This document shows positions 1 to 9,857 of a stretch of DNA of 64,000 nucleotides, piece after piece; position 1 is the stretch's first letter; every line of letters begins with the position of its first letter. Source of the DNA: Candidatus Latescibacterota bacterium (GTDB lineage: Bacteria; Latescibacterota; UBA2968; UBA8231); the NCBI GenBank assembly GCA_964291625.2, contig OZ220089.1, positions 4,448,001-4,512,000 on the forward strand. The letters are read 5' to 3'. Under the pieces are notes generated by a model, which was not told the origin of the DNA, searched no databases, and saw only the letters and a list, made by a program, of their open reading frames with translations. Position numbers and translations under genes: made by a program.

Positions 1-1
1 G

Positions 2-2716
2 CTTCTCGTAGCCCAGGTTGACGTTGATCTGGTAGCCCACGTAGGTCGAGGTGTTGCTCAGCAGCGCCAGGTAGACCTGGGAATCGAAGTCGACCCCCGG
101 GGCCGCCTCGTTGCGGTACGTGGCCGGGAGGAAGGGGAAGCCCTGTGCGCCGAGCTTGATCTCGGTGCGTGAGGAGAGGGGGTACTCCAGCCTCAGGATC
201 GGGTAGACGTAGTCCTCGGCGATTTCCAGGATCCGCTCCTCGTCGTCCTGCAGGCGCTGCCGCATCCACTTGAGCTGGGGAACGACACGCAGCCGGCTCC
301 AGGGATTCCACGTGTAGTCGGCCTTGAACACGGTGGCCAGGTCGGAGATGCTGTTCTCGGGCTGCAGGTCGGTGCTCTGCTGGAGGTTGGTCTCGTACTT
401 GATCGACAGCTCGACATTGAGGTTCGACGTGCCGATGTAGCGCGTCCTCGTGTAGAGCGTGTTCACCCAGCTGTCGCGCATGGTCAGCGGGTCTCTCAGC
501 AGCTCCGCCTCCCCCAGGGGATTGAAGATCTGCTCCTCCGTGAGGGGGACGATGGATATGATGTCCGGCTCGAAGTAGATGGGGTCCCGCCCCAGGCCGA
601 AGATGTCGTCGGCCACATCGTCCCGCACGCGTTTGAGCCGCTCCACCCCGTAGATCTCCGCCAGGAAAGGGATCCGGCGCTCGTACTCGACCTTGCCGTA
701 GGTCGCCTCGGCCCGGCCGCCTCCGAATAGCGCCCAGGACCTGTGATGGCCGGCGGTCACGGTGGCCCGGCCGTGAAAGAGCCGGGAGAACCCGTGGAAT
801 CCGCGGCGGTCGATGTCGTAGGGGTAATCGGACTTCAGATCGTTTTCACGCTCGTCGATCTTGCCGTTGTTGTTGAGGTCCTCGCCCCACTCGTAGGCGT
901 CGGGATTGACCTTGTAGAGCAGGAAGGGCTCGTAGTAATCGGGGATCAGGTTGCTGTTCTCGTTGATGTCCGGGCGGCCGTTCAGGTCGGCGTCCAGCCC
1001 GGGGAACACGCCGTCCGGATCCTGGATGAAACGTCCCCCCGTTTCCGGGTTGGTGGTCTTGCGCAGGTAGTAGGTGTCCGGGTACTGGTCCTTGTCGTCG
1101 TTGTCGTCGACGGTGTCGAACTCGCGCGTGTAGGTCTGGTCGGTGATGTTGCGGCCGATCTTCGTCGGCAGCCGCGGCTCGTGAATCTGCTGCGGGTAGT
1201 TGAAGGGCGCCGAGGGGAAGCCGGCGCTGGTGTTGAAAGCGTCGTCCTGCACCGTCAGCACGGTGGAATAGTCGGCGTCCACGTTGAACACCTCGCCGCC
1301 GACGGAGAAGCCATTCCAGTCGCGCCGGAGCACGGCGAACCAGGCCTGGCTGTCGTTCTGGTAGTGCTCGAGCTCCGTGCTCAACAGCGCCGGATAGGCG
1401 CGGAAGGCGAAGTTGCGCACGTACTCCGTGTGCAGCATGAAGCCTTTGACGTCCAGGTTCAGGTGGGCGCTGGCCAGGGTGCGGCCGGTCTGGCGGCCGT
1501 AATGGGCCCGTACGCGGCGGAAGTCGGCCAGGTTGTCCGGCCGGCCCCGCGACCGGGCAGCGGTGTAGAAGTAGGTCGCCGGGTTGTTGGAGATGCCGTC
1601 GAAGACCTCCGACAGCTCGATCACGTAGTCCCCGGCCACGTCCAGGTCGACGTAAGCCTGGTTGATCACGTCGGCCTCGCCGGCGTCATCGAAGGCGTGG
1701 GGGACCCGGAACCAGAAGAGCAGGCTCCCCGGGCCGCGGGTCTCGTAGAAGCCCTGGGGTGTGGGGGACACGTGGTCGTGCTCTATGATGGGATCCTGGG
1801 CATCCCGCCAGAGGATCGGCGGGATGATCGTCCGGTCGGAGTGCTCGGTCACCGTGAGGGTAGGGGCGTCCGGATCCAGGTTGTCATACGGTCCGAGATG
1901 GTGCTGCAGCCGGCGCCCGTTGAGGGTGATGGCGGGCACCTTGACGCGCACGCCCACCTCGTCGTCGGGCTCCTGATCGGCCACCCTCACGACGATCCAC
2001 TCGGGAGGGGCGCCGGTGGTCGGGAGGGTGCCCTTCCAGCTGTTGTCGTTCAGATCCTTGAAGCTGTCGGTGCGGTACTGGTTGACCCAGCTCAACCCCA
2101 TGTCCAGGCCCGGCAACTGGGTGCGCAGGTCGCCGCCGAGCAGGTAGGTCGCCCATCGGGGCCGGGTCTCGTAGCGCTCCTCCACGCCGTGGACGCGGTG
2201 GTCGACGTTCTGCTGCCCCAGGGCCTCGAAGATCGGCCGGTCCACGCGGGAGACGGCCAGGATCAGGGAGCCGCTCTCGAAGCTGGTGTCGAAGCGCAGT
2301 CCGTTCATCGACGCCATGTCGAGGGTCAGGGAGGTGAACTTCGTGCGCACGTGGTCGCCGATGATGAGCTTGCTCGTGGCCCCGGCGTAGGCGTCGTCGG
2401 CGATGAGCAGGCGGTTCAGGTAGTTCTGGTAGAGCCTGGGCTTGGAGATGAGGGTGCCCGGCGCGGGTGCGACCGTCCGAGTCTCCTGGAGCTTGAAGAC
2501 CTGGGTGCCGTTCATCACGAACTGGCCGAGGGGATCGAAGACGGGCAGGCGGTCCCGGGCGAAGATCAGGTTCTGGTAGCTGCGGTAGCCCTCGTAGGCA
2601 TAGTTGACGTACGGCTCCCCGGGCTTGAACAGGAGCTGGGCCTCGCCGGGGGATGCCGTCAGGGTCACCAGCCAGCAGGCCGCGGCTACCGCCGCATGTC
2701 GAAGGATGGGCGTCAT
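2..2716 (-). CDS. Secreted/outer-membrane protein of unknown family, >905 aa, truncated at the left window edge; paralog of 2718..5414
   Basis: Not in the ORF track because it is open at the edge. Translated by hand from ATG 2716: MTPILRHAAVAAACWLVTLTASPGEAQLLFKP... (signal peptide), KLIIGDHVRTKFTSLTLD, ADYTWNPWSRLRVVPQLK, RTEIKLGAQGFPF. These motifs are colinear with the neighbouring gene, and the frame is the same at both ends. Confidence 0.88.
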   Translation of the reverse strand, partial: MTPILRHAAVAAACWLVTLTASPGEAQLLFKPGEPYVNYAYEGYRSYQNLIFARDRLPVFDPLGQFVMNGTQVFKLQETRTVAPAPGTLISKPRLYQNYLNRLLIADDAYAGATSKLIIGDHVRTKFTSLTLDMASMNGLRFDTSFESGSLILAVSRVDRPIFEALGQQNVDHRVHGVEERYETRPRWATYLLGGDLRTQLPGLDMGLSWVNQYRTDSFKDLNDNSWKGTLPTTGAPPEWIVVRVADQEPDDEVGVRVKVPAITLNGRRLQHHLGPYDNLDPDAPTLTVTEHSDRTIIPPILWRDAQDPIIEHDHVSPTPQGFYETRGPGSLLFWFRVPHAFDDAGEADVINQAYVDLDVAGDYVIELSEVFDGISNNPATYFYTAARSRGRPDNLADFRRVRAHYGRQTGRTLASAHLNLDVKGFMLHTEYVRNFAFRAYPALLSTELEHYQNDSQAWFAVLRRDWNGFSVGGEVFNVDADYSTVLTVQDDAFNTSAGFPSAPFNYPQQIHEPRLPTKIGRNITDQTYTREFDTVDDNDDKDQYPDTYYLRKTTNPETGGRFIQDPDGVFPGLDADLNGRPDINENSNLIPDYYEPFLLYKVNPDAYEWGEDLNNNGKIDERENDLKSDYPYDIDRRGFHGFSRLFHGRATVTAGHHRSWALFGGGRAEATYGKVEYERRIPFLAEIYGVERLKRVRDDVADDIFGLGRDPIYFEPDIISIVPLTEEQIFNPLGEAELLRDPLTMRDSWVNTLYTRTRYIGTSNLNVELSIKYETNLQQSTDLQPENSISDLATVFKADYTWNPWSRLRVVPQLKWMRQRLQDDEERILEIAEDYVYPILRLEYPLSSRTEIKLGAQGFPFLPATYRNEAAPGVDFDSQVYLALLSNTSTYVGYQINVNLGYEK

Positions 2717-2717
2717 C

Positions 2718-5414
2718 TCAGCCGATGAAGATCCTGAAGAAGTACTGCAGGGAGCCGCTGCCGGGCCGCTCGGATCCGGTGTACTGATACTCGACGCGGT
2801 AGGTGCCCATGAGCAGGACCAGGTCGTAGCCCAGGTAGTTGCTCCGGTTCTGGATCATCGCCGTGTAGGTCAGGCGCGTGTACTGACTCTCGGGCCGCAC
2901 CGCGTAGGAGACCTTCTCGCGCCAGAAGGGGAACCCCTGGATGCCGGTCTTGAGCTCGGTCCTGGGGGTGATCTCGTAGTCGGCGCGCAGAATCGGCATG
3001 ACCCGTCGGCTCTGGGAAGAGGGCAGTTGCCGCTCCGGCGAGGTGCTGCGGTAGTAGAGGTGCTTGAACTGGGGCCGGACGGTCAGCCTTCCCCGCCTCC
3101 AGGTGTAGTCGATCTTGTTCATCATCGAGACGCCGGTGTAGCGGCCCGGCCTGGTGATGAAGGGATCGGCCACGGGGTCCCCCTCCAGCTCGGAGAAGCC
3201 GAAGGTGATGATGTTGCGGAGGTTGACCTCGGGCACGGCCATCAGGCCGGTCTCGAAGAAGGTGTAGTTGCTGACCGTGTCCCGGCTTCCCAGCCGGTCC
3301 GGTCGGAGGGAGCCGACGCTGCCGATGTTGTAGACCGTGTTGCGGATGTCGTCCTCCATCCACTTGACCCGGTGGTTCAGCCGAAGGTAGCCCAGTCCCG
3401 GCCAGTCCCGGCGGTACTGCCCCTCCACGTACTGGGTGCTGTTGCGGCCCCCGACGACCGGCTGGCGCACCCGGTACCACCCCGTCTTCAACTGGGTCCG
3501 CTGGCTCACCTCCACGGTGCCGAAGGCGTGGAAGCCGCGGTGGTCCTGGGGGTAGGCGTAGTCCGGCAGGTTGTCGTTCTCGCGGTAGTCGATGACCCCG
3601 TTGTTGTCGAAGTCGTCGCCGTAGACGAAACCGGACGGCTCGGAGTAGTAACCGAGGAAGGGCTGGCCCGAATCACCGCCGTGCTCGAGGTCCAGGTTGA
3701 AGTCCAGGACCCCGTCGTTGTCCGGATCGAGGCCGGGATAGACGCCCTTGCCGGGATAGCCGAACTGGCCGGCCAGGGGGTCGGAGTAGGGAGCCAGGGG
3801 ATCGTTGTGCTCCACCCGGTCGGGCCAGAAGTCGAGATCGTCGTTGTCCTCCACGAGGGCGAAGGGCGTGTAGAGCCTGCCGCCGACGGACTTCGTGGTG
3901 CGCTGGTTCAGGAAGAGGGGGAACTCCGTGGTATAGTCGTCGGGAACGTCGAAGTACTCGAAACCGAGCCCGGTCCGTTTGCCCACGGGGCGGCTGAGCC
4001 GGAAGTAGAAGGTCGAGCTCTCCCGGCGGTGGCGCTCGGCATCACGGTTGGGGACCTGGAGGAAGCGCAGGCTGCGGGCGAATTCCCCCTCCAGCTGGAA
4101 CCCCAGGGCCTTGAGGTCCCAGTCGAGACCGGCGATGGTCAGACCCGTGGGGAAGCCGTAGCGAAAGTCGACCCGGCGCCGGTTCGATCCCTCCCCGGGG
4201 CGGCCCCTGGCGCGCCGGGCGTTGTACCAGTCGTAGTAGAAGTCGTCCTCGCCCGGGGCCAGGATCGGCACCTGCATGGCCCCCACCACGTCGACGTTGT
4301 AGTCGTCGGCGAGGACGGCGCTGAAGTCGAGGGCGGCCACCGTGTCCGGGATCTCGTACTCGAAGTAGACCACGTCGGTCCCGTCGGCGCGCAGGGGCGC
4401 TCCCCGGGTGGCCAGGGCCTCGGCGGTGATGTCGGTGGTGATGTCGTCCAGCAGGGAGGCGAAGAACCGGTCGCGGCTGGCCTCGACCACGGCCCGCAGC
4501 CAGGAGCGGTTGCGGCGGAGGTAGTCGACCTCGTGGGGCTCGAGCAGGATGGTGCTGGTCGGATCGGAGGTGACCGGGATCTGGCTGATGAGCCCGTCGA
4601 TCCGGCCCACCCGCATAGGCATCACCGGTGTGCCGTCGACGGTCATGGTCAACTCGTGGACCGCGGCGCCCGCGAAGGCGTCGTGGGGGGAGTCGTCGGA
4701 GAAGAACACGAAGACCTTGCGCAGGCCCCCCCGCATGACCCCGGGTATCGTCCCCTTGAGGCTGTTGACCTTGGCGGCGGCCTCGGAGTCGAAGCGATGG
4801 GCGTTGACGTAGGTGGTCCCCAGCTTGAGGAGGCCGCCGATCTGGCTCTCCCAATGGACGCCGAAGAGGCTGCCCCCCCAGATCCGGCGCTCCTCGATGT
4901 TCTGGTCCACCGCCAGGCCCCCGCCGAGAACCACCGGGTCCCGCAGGTGGCTGGCGATGACGCTGAAGCGGCTCTTCCGGGAGGCGCCGTCCCAGCGGAT
5001 CCCGTTGTAGTTGGGCAGGTTCAGCGTCATGGGGGTGAAGAAGGTGCGGATGTGGTCCCCGATGATCAGGCGCGTTGACCAGTTGCCGAAGCCCTCGTTG
5101 GCGATGACCAGCTTCTTGAAGAAGCGCTCGTAGCGGGCGTTGCGGGTCTCGAAGCTGCCCCGGATGCCGGGGGCGTCCCGCCGGATCTCGCTGTACTCGA
5201 TGATGTCGACGCCGTCGATGAGGAGATCGCCGAAGAGGTCGAAGCGCCGGTTCTCCTCCTCCAGGTCGTAGTCCCGGTATCCCGCGGCCCCGTAGTTCTC
5301 GAAGATCTGGTTGGCCCAGAGCCGCCGGAAGTCCCGGGACAGGAACTGCCCATCCGCCAGGTCCGGCGTCAGCCACAGCAGGGTCAGGAGGGTGAGGGCG
5401 AGGGGGGCGCGCAT
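2718..5414 (-). CDS. Secreted/outer-membrane protein of unknown family (898 aa) with Asp-rich Ca-binding-like motifs and a probable C-terminal beta-barrel
   Basis: Signal peptide; motifs DPDNDGVLD and DDFDNNGVID; alternating aromatic/hydrophobic strands ending YFFRIFIG; stop 1 nt from the next start. Confidence 0.85.
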   Translation of the reverse strand: MRAPLALTLLTLLWLTPDLADGQFLSRDFRRLWANQIFENYGAAGYRDYDLEEENRRFDLFGDLLIDGVDIIEYSEIRRDAPGIRGSFETRNARYERFFKKLVIANEGFGNWSTRLIIGDHIRTFFTPMTLNLPNYNGIRWDGASRKSRFSVIASHLRDPVVLGGGLAVDQNIEERRIWGGSLFGVHWESQIGGLLKLGTTYVNAHRFDSEAAAKVNSLKGTIPGVMRGGLRKVFVFFSDDSPHDAFAGAAVHELTMTVDGTPVMPMRVGRIDGLISQIPVTSDPTSTILLEPHEVDYLRRNRSWLRAVVEASRDRFFASLLDDITTDITAEALATRGAPLRADGTDVVYFEYEIPDTVAALDFSAVLADDYNVDVVGAMQVPILAPGEDDFYYDWYNARRARGRPGEGSNRRRVDFRYGFPTGLTIAGLDWDLKALGFQLEGEFARSLRFLQVPNRDAERHRRESSTFYFRLSRPVGKRTGLGFEYFDVPDDYTTEFPLFLNQRTTKSVGGRLYTPFALVEDNDDLDFWPDRVEHNDPLAPYSDPLAGQFGYPGKGVYPGLDPDNDGVLDFNLDLEHGGDSGQPFLGYYSEPSGFVYGDDFDNNGVIDYRENDNLPDYAYPQDHRGFHAFGTVEVSQRTQLKTGWYRVRQPVVGGRNSTQYVEGQYRRDWPGLGYLRLNHRVKWMEDDIRNTVYNIGSVGSLRPDRLGSRDTVSNYTFFETGLMAVPEVNLRNIITFGFSELEGDPVADPFITRPGRYTGVSMMNKIDYTWRRGRLTVRPQFKHLYYRSTSPERQLPSSQSRRVMPILRADYEITPRTELKTGIQGFPFWREKVSYAVRPESQYTRLTYTAMIQNRSNYLGYDLVLLMGTYRVEYQYTGSERPGSGSLQYFFRIFIG

Positions 5415-5444
5415 GGATTTCCCGAGAGTGGCTGGTCCCCGACC

Positions 5445-7616
5445 CTAGTAGGCGACTCCGACCACGCCCGTGGCCACCTCGTCCGGTTCCAGATCGACGA
5501 CGATCCGATACAGGTAGAGCCCCGGCGGCGCCAGCCTGCCCTCGTCATCCAGGCCGTCCCAACGACCCGGGAGGGCCTCGTCCCGGGCGGCGATCGGGGA
5601 GTAGTTGCCGGGGTTGAGGCGGCTCGGCGGCAGGCTGCGCACCAGTCGGCCGCCGACGTCGTAGATCTCTACATGGACATAAGACCCTGACACCCGCCCA
5701 AGGGTGAAGCCCAGGACCGCGAAGTCGTTGGCGCCGTCCCCGTTGGGGGTGAAGACCCCGGGATGGGCCTGCACGTGGTCGAGGATGGGGATGTCGAAGT
5801 CCGCCGCCTCGGCAACGGTCGTGTACGGGAGCTCGGTGGCCGGATCGGTCCCCTGGCGCCTGTCGATCTGGAGGGAGGCGGCCTGCCCCGGAGCGAAGAC
5901 CAGCGCCTTGAACTCGTGGTTGGCGGAGAGCAGGCGCGTGGTGAAGGGGATGACGACCTCCGTCGTCCCGGTAGCCGAGGTGATCGGCGGGTCGAAGGTC
6001 AGCACGAGGGAGTCGGAGGTGGCGTAGCTGGAGGCGATGGCCGCCTCTCCCAGACCTTGCACGCCGCCGGCCTCGAGCCGGGCCGGCCAGGGGGTCAGGA
6101 TGGCCAGACGCTCCACGCCCGCATCGTCCTCCCCCACCTCGAGCTGCAGGGTATAGGTGAAGAGCGTATCGACACCGATGGACGCCCGCGCCGGGGAGAT
6201 GGAGCCGGCCGCAAGGGTGGCGGGAAAGGGACCCTCCTCGAACCAGATCACCAGGCTGTCCAGCCGCGGCGTGGCGTCGAGGATCCGGGCCAGCATGCGC
6301 GCCTCGAACTGGAGGTAGTTCCGCGGCTCGGGCACGGTCAGAGCGACCTCGGACCGGCCGCTCCAGGGCGACCACTCGCTCCAGCTCTCCCCGTCGTCGC
6401 CGCTGCGGAAGCGAAGCTCCATCTCGGTGTTGTCGGGGACCTCGCCATGGCGGACGGCGCGCTCGAAGTTCTTGGTCGTCGAGGTGCCCAGGTCCAGCGG
6501 CGGGGAGAGGTATGATCCCCTGTCGTCCCGCCCCCGGGCGAAGACCTCCAACTCGCCGACTTTGGGGTTGGCGTCCCTCGAGCTGAACTCGGTGATGTAG
6601 AGCCTGACGTGACGGGCAGGGGTCGGCGGAAAGGAGACCTCGCTCTCGCGGTAGGTCGTGATCTGGTGGCGCGCCCCCACTTCGCGGTATCCGATGCCGT
6701 TCTGGCTGATCAGGACGCTGTAGCCTCTCAGGGAGAGGTCCTCGTAGGTGTCGTTGCGGCCCGGGGGCTCGGTGATGACGCGCACCCGCTCCAGGAGCAG
6801 GAGCCGGCCGAGGTCGGTGCGGAAGCCCTGCCCCAGGGAAGCCGATCCCTTGCGGAAGGCGACGCCCTTGGTGATGTCACCATCCACGAGGTTCGGGTCG
6901 GAGGTCCGGGAGTTGAGGGCCATGTTCTGGCCCTCCAGACTGCGCAACTGCAGCCCCTGCTCCTGGCCCGACAGGCCTCCCGGGAAACCGGCGACACTGC
7001 CGGCCCGGGTCAGGTCGAGATCCTCGAACTCCACGAAGTCCCCTGGCTCCAGGGTCCCCTGCTGCGCGGCCTGCCAGGTGATGAGCCGCCCGTCCTCCTC
7101 GTGCTCGTCCAGCTTGCTCAGCTTCAGCTTGGTCCAGCCGTCCTCCTCGTTGGGCAGGCGATCTCCGGACCAGAACCAGGGCATGGAGCGGTCCGTGGGA
7201 GAGCTTACGAACTGCTCCGTCTCCCCGTCGACGACGAGATAGACGCCGTACGGGCTCAGGGTGCCGTCGTGGTCGACGACCACGGCCACCTGGTTCTCCT
7301 TCCTCTTGAAAGAGAGGTCGGTCCAGACCTCGACGGTGACGGGATCGTCATCGCTCCCCACCAGCTCGCCGTTGAGGTAGAGGGAATAGGTCCCGCCCGC
7401 GGTGATCCGGATCTGGCCGTCCTGCTTCTCGAGAAACTCGGGGAAGCCGAGGTAGTGAGTCGTGGAGGGCCAGGTGGAGATCGAGACGCTGGACAGGTCC
7501 TGGGCGGCGAGCCCGCTGCAGGACAGGAAGAGTCCCGCAGCGGCCAGGGCTCGCGCCCAACGGCCGGGGTGTCTGGAATTCTTCACTGGTACACCTCGTG
7601 TGGAGAAGGGAGTCAT
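5445..7616 (-). CDS. Secreted discoidin/F5-8-like domain protein with FlgD-Ig/CHU_C-like (T9SS type-B-like) C-terminal domain
   Basis: Signal peptide; TDLGR...ARHVRLYI...VGELEVF discoidin-like segment; C-terminal FTPNGDGANDF...WDGLDDEGRLAPPGLYLY. The start may be the GTG about 30 nt downstream. Confidence 0.8.
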   Translation of the reverse strand: MTPFSTRGVPVKNSRHPGRWARALAAAGLFLSCSGLAAQDLSSVSISTWPSTTHYLGFPEFLEKQDGQIRITAGGTYSLYLNGELVGSDDDPVTVEVWTDLSFKRKENQVAVVVDHDGTLSPYGVYLVVDGETEQFVSSPTDRSMPWFWSGDRLPNEEDGWTKLKLSKLDEHEEDGRLITWQAAQQGTLEPGDFVEFEDLDLTRAGSVAGFPGGLSGQEQGLQLRSLEGQNMALNSRTSDPNLVDGDITKGVAFRKGSASLGQGFRTDLGRLLLLERVRVITEPPGRNDTYEDLSLRGYSVLISQNGIGYREVGARHQITTYRESEVSFPPTPARHVRLYITEFSSRDANPKVGELEVFARGRDDRGSYLSPPLDLGTSTTKNFERAVRHGEVPDNTEMELRFRSGDDGESWSEWSPWSGRSEVALTVPEPRNYLQFEARMLARILDATPRLDSLVIWFEEGPFPATLAAGSISPARASIGVDTLFTYTLQLEVGEDDAGVERLAILTPWPARLEAGGVQGLGEAAIASSYATSDSLVLTFDPPITSATGTTEVVIPFTTRLLSANHEFKALVFAPGQAASLQIDRRQGTDPATELPYTTVAEAADFDIPILDHVQAHPGVFTPNGDGANDFAVLGFTLGRVSGSYVHVEIYDVGGRLVRSLPPSRLNPGNYSPIAARDEALPGRWDGLDDEGRLAPPGLYLYRIVVDLEPDEVATGVVGVAY

Positions 7617-7700
7617 CGCTGAACCGGTCTCGCCGCCGGACCGAGAAGCAGAATCAAGGCGGGACGTACCGACTCACCACGCCGGAAGTCCCGAAAAAGG

Positions 7701-7738
7701 AAAAAAAAAGGTGCCGCCGGCAGCGAGCCGGCGACACC
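7701..7738 (-). terminator. Rho-independent terminator of 7751..9643
   Basis: Minus strand GGTGTCGCCGGC-TCGCT-GCCGGCGGCACC (12-bp stem, one G-U pair) followed by T9, 12 nt after the stop codon. Confidence 0.9.
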
Positions 7739-7750
7739 TCCAGTTCCCTC

Positions 7751-9643
7751 TTACTTGAGGAGGGTGACCTTCTTGTTCAGTCTCAGATCGGGGCCCTCGA
7801 TCCGATACAGATATACACCGGAGGCGACGGCGGCCCCACTCTCGTCGGTGCCGTCCCAGGTGATGTCGAAGTTGCCCGGGCCCAGGCGCTCGTCGGCGAG
7901 GGTGGCAACCTTCTGTCCCTGCTCGTTGAAGACCGTTACCCGGATGTCGGCCGACCAAGGAAGGGAGAAGTGGACCGTGGTCTCCGGGTTGAAGGGATTG
8001 GGGTAGGCCTCGCTCACCTTGTAGTCACTGGGCACCGGCCCGAACACTTCCGAGATGCTGCTGGGCACGCCCAGGTTCACCTTCTTCTGGTCGTACGGAT
8101 AGTGGGCGAGGGGATGGGTCGGCGAGATGGTGACGTCGTTGGAGACCCAGTCGTTGGACGGGATGGCGTCGCCGAAGCCGCCGATCTGCATGTGCAGGCC
8201 GTCCCAATCGGTGTCGTCGTCGATGATACAGACGTACTGGGACCAAGTGAGAGGCGTGTTCTTGGGCTCGAACTTGAAGAGGCCGGAGCCGTCCTGGCCC
8301 AGCATGGCGCCGAAGCTGGTGTTGTCGCGGCCGTTCTCGCAGACCGAGACCCACCCGTCGGGGGCCGAGAACAGGGAGTACTTGAAGTTCGGGGCCTCGG
8401 TGTGGCCGTAGATCAGGTCGCCGAAGGTGCCGTCGGCGCTGTTGTAGGCCTGTGTGTCGCCGAAGCCGTCACCGTTGCGGTTGGCCCACTTGAGGTTGCC
8501 GTCGTAGTCGAAGCGGGCGATCACCGAGGTGTGGTGGGAGGTCATGGTGAGACCCCAGGGATCGGGCGAGCCATCGTAGAAGGCGGCCAGCTCCATGGGT
8601 CCGCCCACGCGGTCGGCGCCCTTGTTGTCGTACAGGAAGAGGTCGGTCATGTCCCAGCTGGAGACCTTCTCGCCCGTCTCGATGGAGTACCCGGCGAGCT
8701 GGGCCTCGGTGCCCGAGACGCCCGCGGTGAGGTAGGCGATGCTCTTGTCGGGATTGCTGGCGATCGTCCTCTGACCGGCGCTGCCTCCGAGGTCCTCGAC
8801 GTTGATGACGCCGTTGACGCCGCCGAAGTCTTCGCCCCAGTCCTCGACGGTGGAAACGCGGTTGGCGTCCCAGTCGATGGTCAGGCGCTCGAGGAAGTTG
8901 CTCTGGCCGATGGCGATGGCCTCGCTGTAGTCGTCATTGAGGAAGACCGCCGAGAGGGGCCTGGCGCCGCCGGCGTCGGAAACGGCCGACAGGTCCATGG
9001 TGTCGTAGCCCTCGAAGTTCTCGACCCAGTCGTTGTTCATGTCGTTGACGAAGTTGAAGTCGAAGATCTGCTCCCGGCCGAGGTCCCAGTACGGGCGCCC
9101 GGGGGCCCCCAGCTTGCGGAAGACGGCGCCGGCCACCAGGTGGGGGAAGGCCTCGTCGTCCCAGGCGGCCAGGTGCAGGGTGTAGGAGCCGGCGGGGACG
9201 ACGTTGCCGTCGTTGTCGCGGCCGTTCCAGGTGATCGTGTTCTCGCCCTCGTCCATGCGCTCGCCCGCGGACTTGTAGACGAGGTAGTCGACGCCTTCGT
9301 ACACGTGCCAGCCGGGCTGGTCGCGCACGGGATCCTTGTAAGGAGCATCACCCTCGCCCTCGATGGTCAGGGGCGGGTTCTGGCCGGAGGTGTAGACGAT
9401 GAGCCAGACGGTGGCCCCGCTGCCTTCGAGCGAGAAGTTGACCTCGAGATCCGAGCCGTCGAAGGCATAGTCGGGGAAGTCCGACAGGCCTTCGATCTTG
9501 AGCACGGTCGGCGGGCCACCGCTGGTCATGTCCGAAAGGGACGTGACGTCGGGGTTGCCGGCGTGCAGGAACTGGGCGCTCGCGGTTCCTGCGAGGAACA
9601 GGAGCGTTGCCGCACCCGCGATGCCGATGCGTCTGAGATGCAT
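7751..9643 (-). CDS. Secreted acidic protein with an N-terminal FlgD-Ig-like domain and a C-terminal FlgD-Ig/T9SS type-A-like sorting domain
   Basis: ATG 9643 (MHLRRIGIAG...ASA signal peptide) after GGAGAG; ITWNGRDNDGNVVPAGSY near the N-terminus; AYPNPFNPET...WDGTDESGAAVASGVYLY...KKVTLLK at the C-terminus. Confidence 0.85.
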   Translation of the reverse strand: MHLRRIGIAGAATLLFLAGTASAQFLHAGNPDVTSLSDMTSGGPPTVLKIEGLSDFPDYAFDGSDLEVNFSLEGSGATVWLIVYTSGQNPPLTIEGEGDAPYKDPVRDQPGWHVYEGVDYLVYKSAGERMDEGENTITWNGRDNDGNVVPAGSYTLHLAAWDDEAFPHLVAGAVFRKLGAPGRPYWDLGREQIFDFNFVNDMNNDWVENFEGYDTMDLSAVSDAGGARPLSAVFLNDDYSEAIAIGQSNFLERLTIDWDANRVSTVEDWGEDFGGVNGVINVEDLGGSAGQRTIASNPDKSIAYLTAGVSGTEAQLAGYSIETGEKVSSWDMTDLFLYDNKGADRVGGPMELAAFYDGSPDPWGLTMTSHHTSVIARFDYDGNLKWANRNGDGFGDTQAYNSADGTFGDLIYGHTEAPNFKYSLFSAPDGWVSVCENGRDNTSFGAMLGQDGSGLFKFEPKNTPLTWSQYVCIIDDDTDWDGLHMQIGGFGDAIPSNDWVSNDVTISPTHPLAHYPYDQKKVNLGVPSSISEVFGPVPSDYKVSEAYPNPFNPETTVHFSLPWSADIRVTVFNEQGQKVATLADERLGPGNFDITWDGTDESGAAVASGVYLYRIEGPDLRLNKKVTLLK

Positions 9644-9815
9644 GAGACTGTCTCTCCGGAATTGGATGGAAGGGGGATGGTGAGCGATCGTGAGCGATCT
9701 CGGTTGTTCGCCCCGAGACACGGAACTGGCGAACCCTCTCTGATGTTACGCGAAAACAGTCAGTTACGGGCTCTGGCCAAAGCGCACGCCGGGCCGAACC
9801 GGGAAAACAGTGCGA

Positions 9816-9843
9816 AAGGTAGGTCCCCTACCCCGGAAGTCAA
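9816..9843 (-). promoter_or_regulatory. Putative sigma70-type promoter for 7751..9643
   Basis: TTGACT (9843-9838), 16 bp spacer, TACCTT (9821-9816). Confidence 0.5.
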
Positions 9844-9857
9844 GCGATTTCCTCCCG

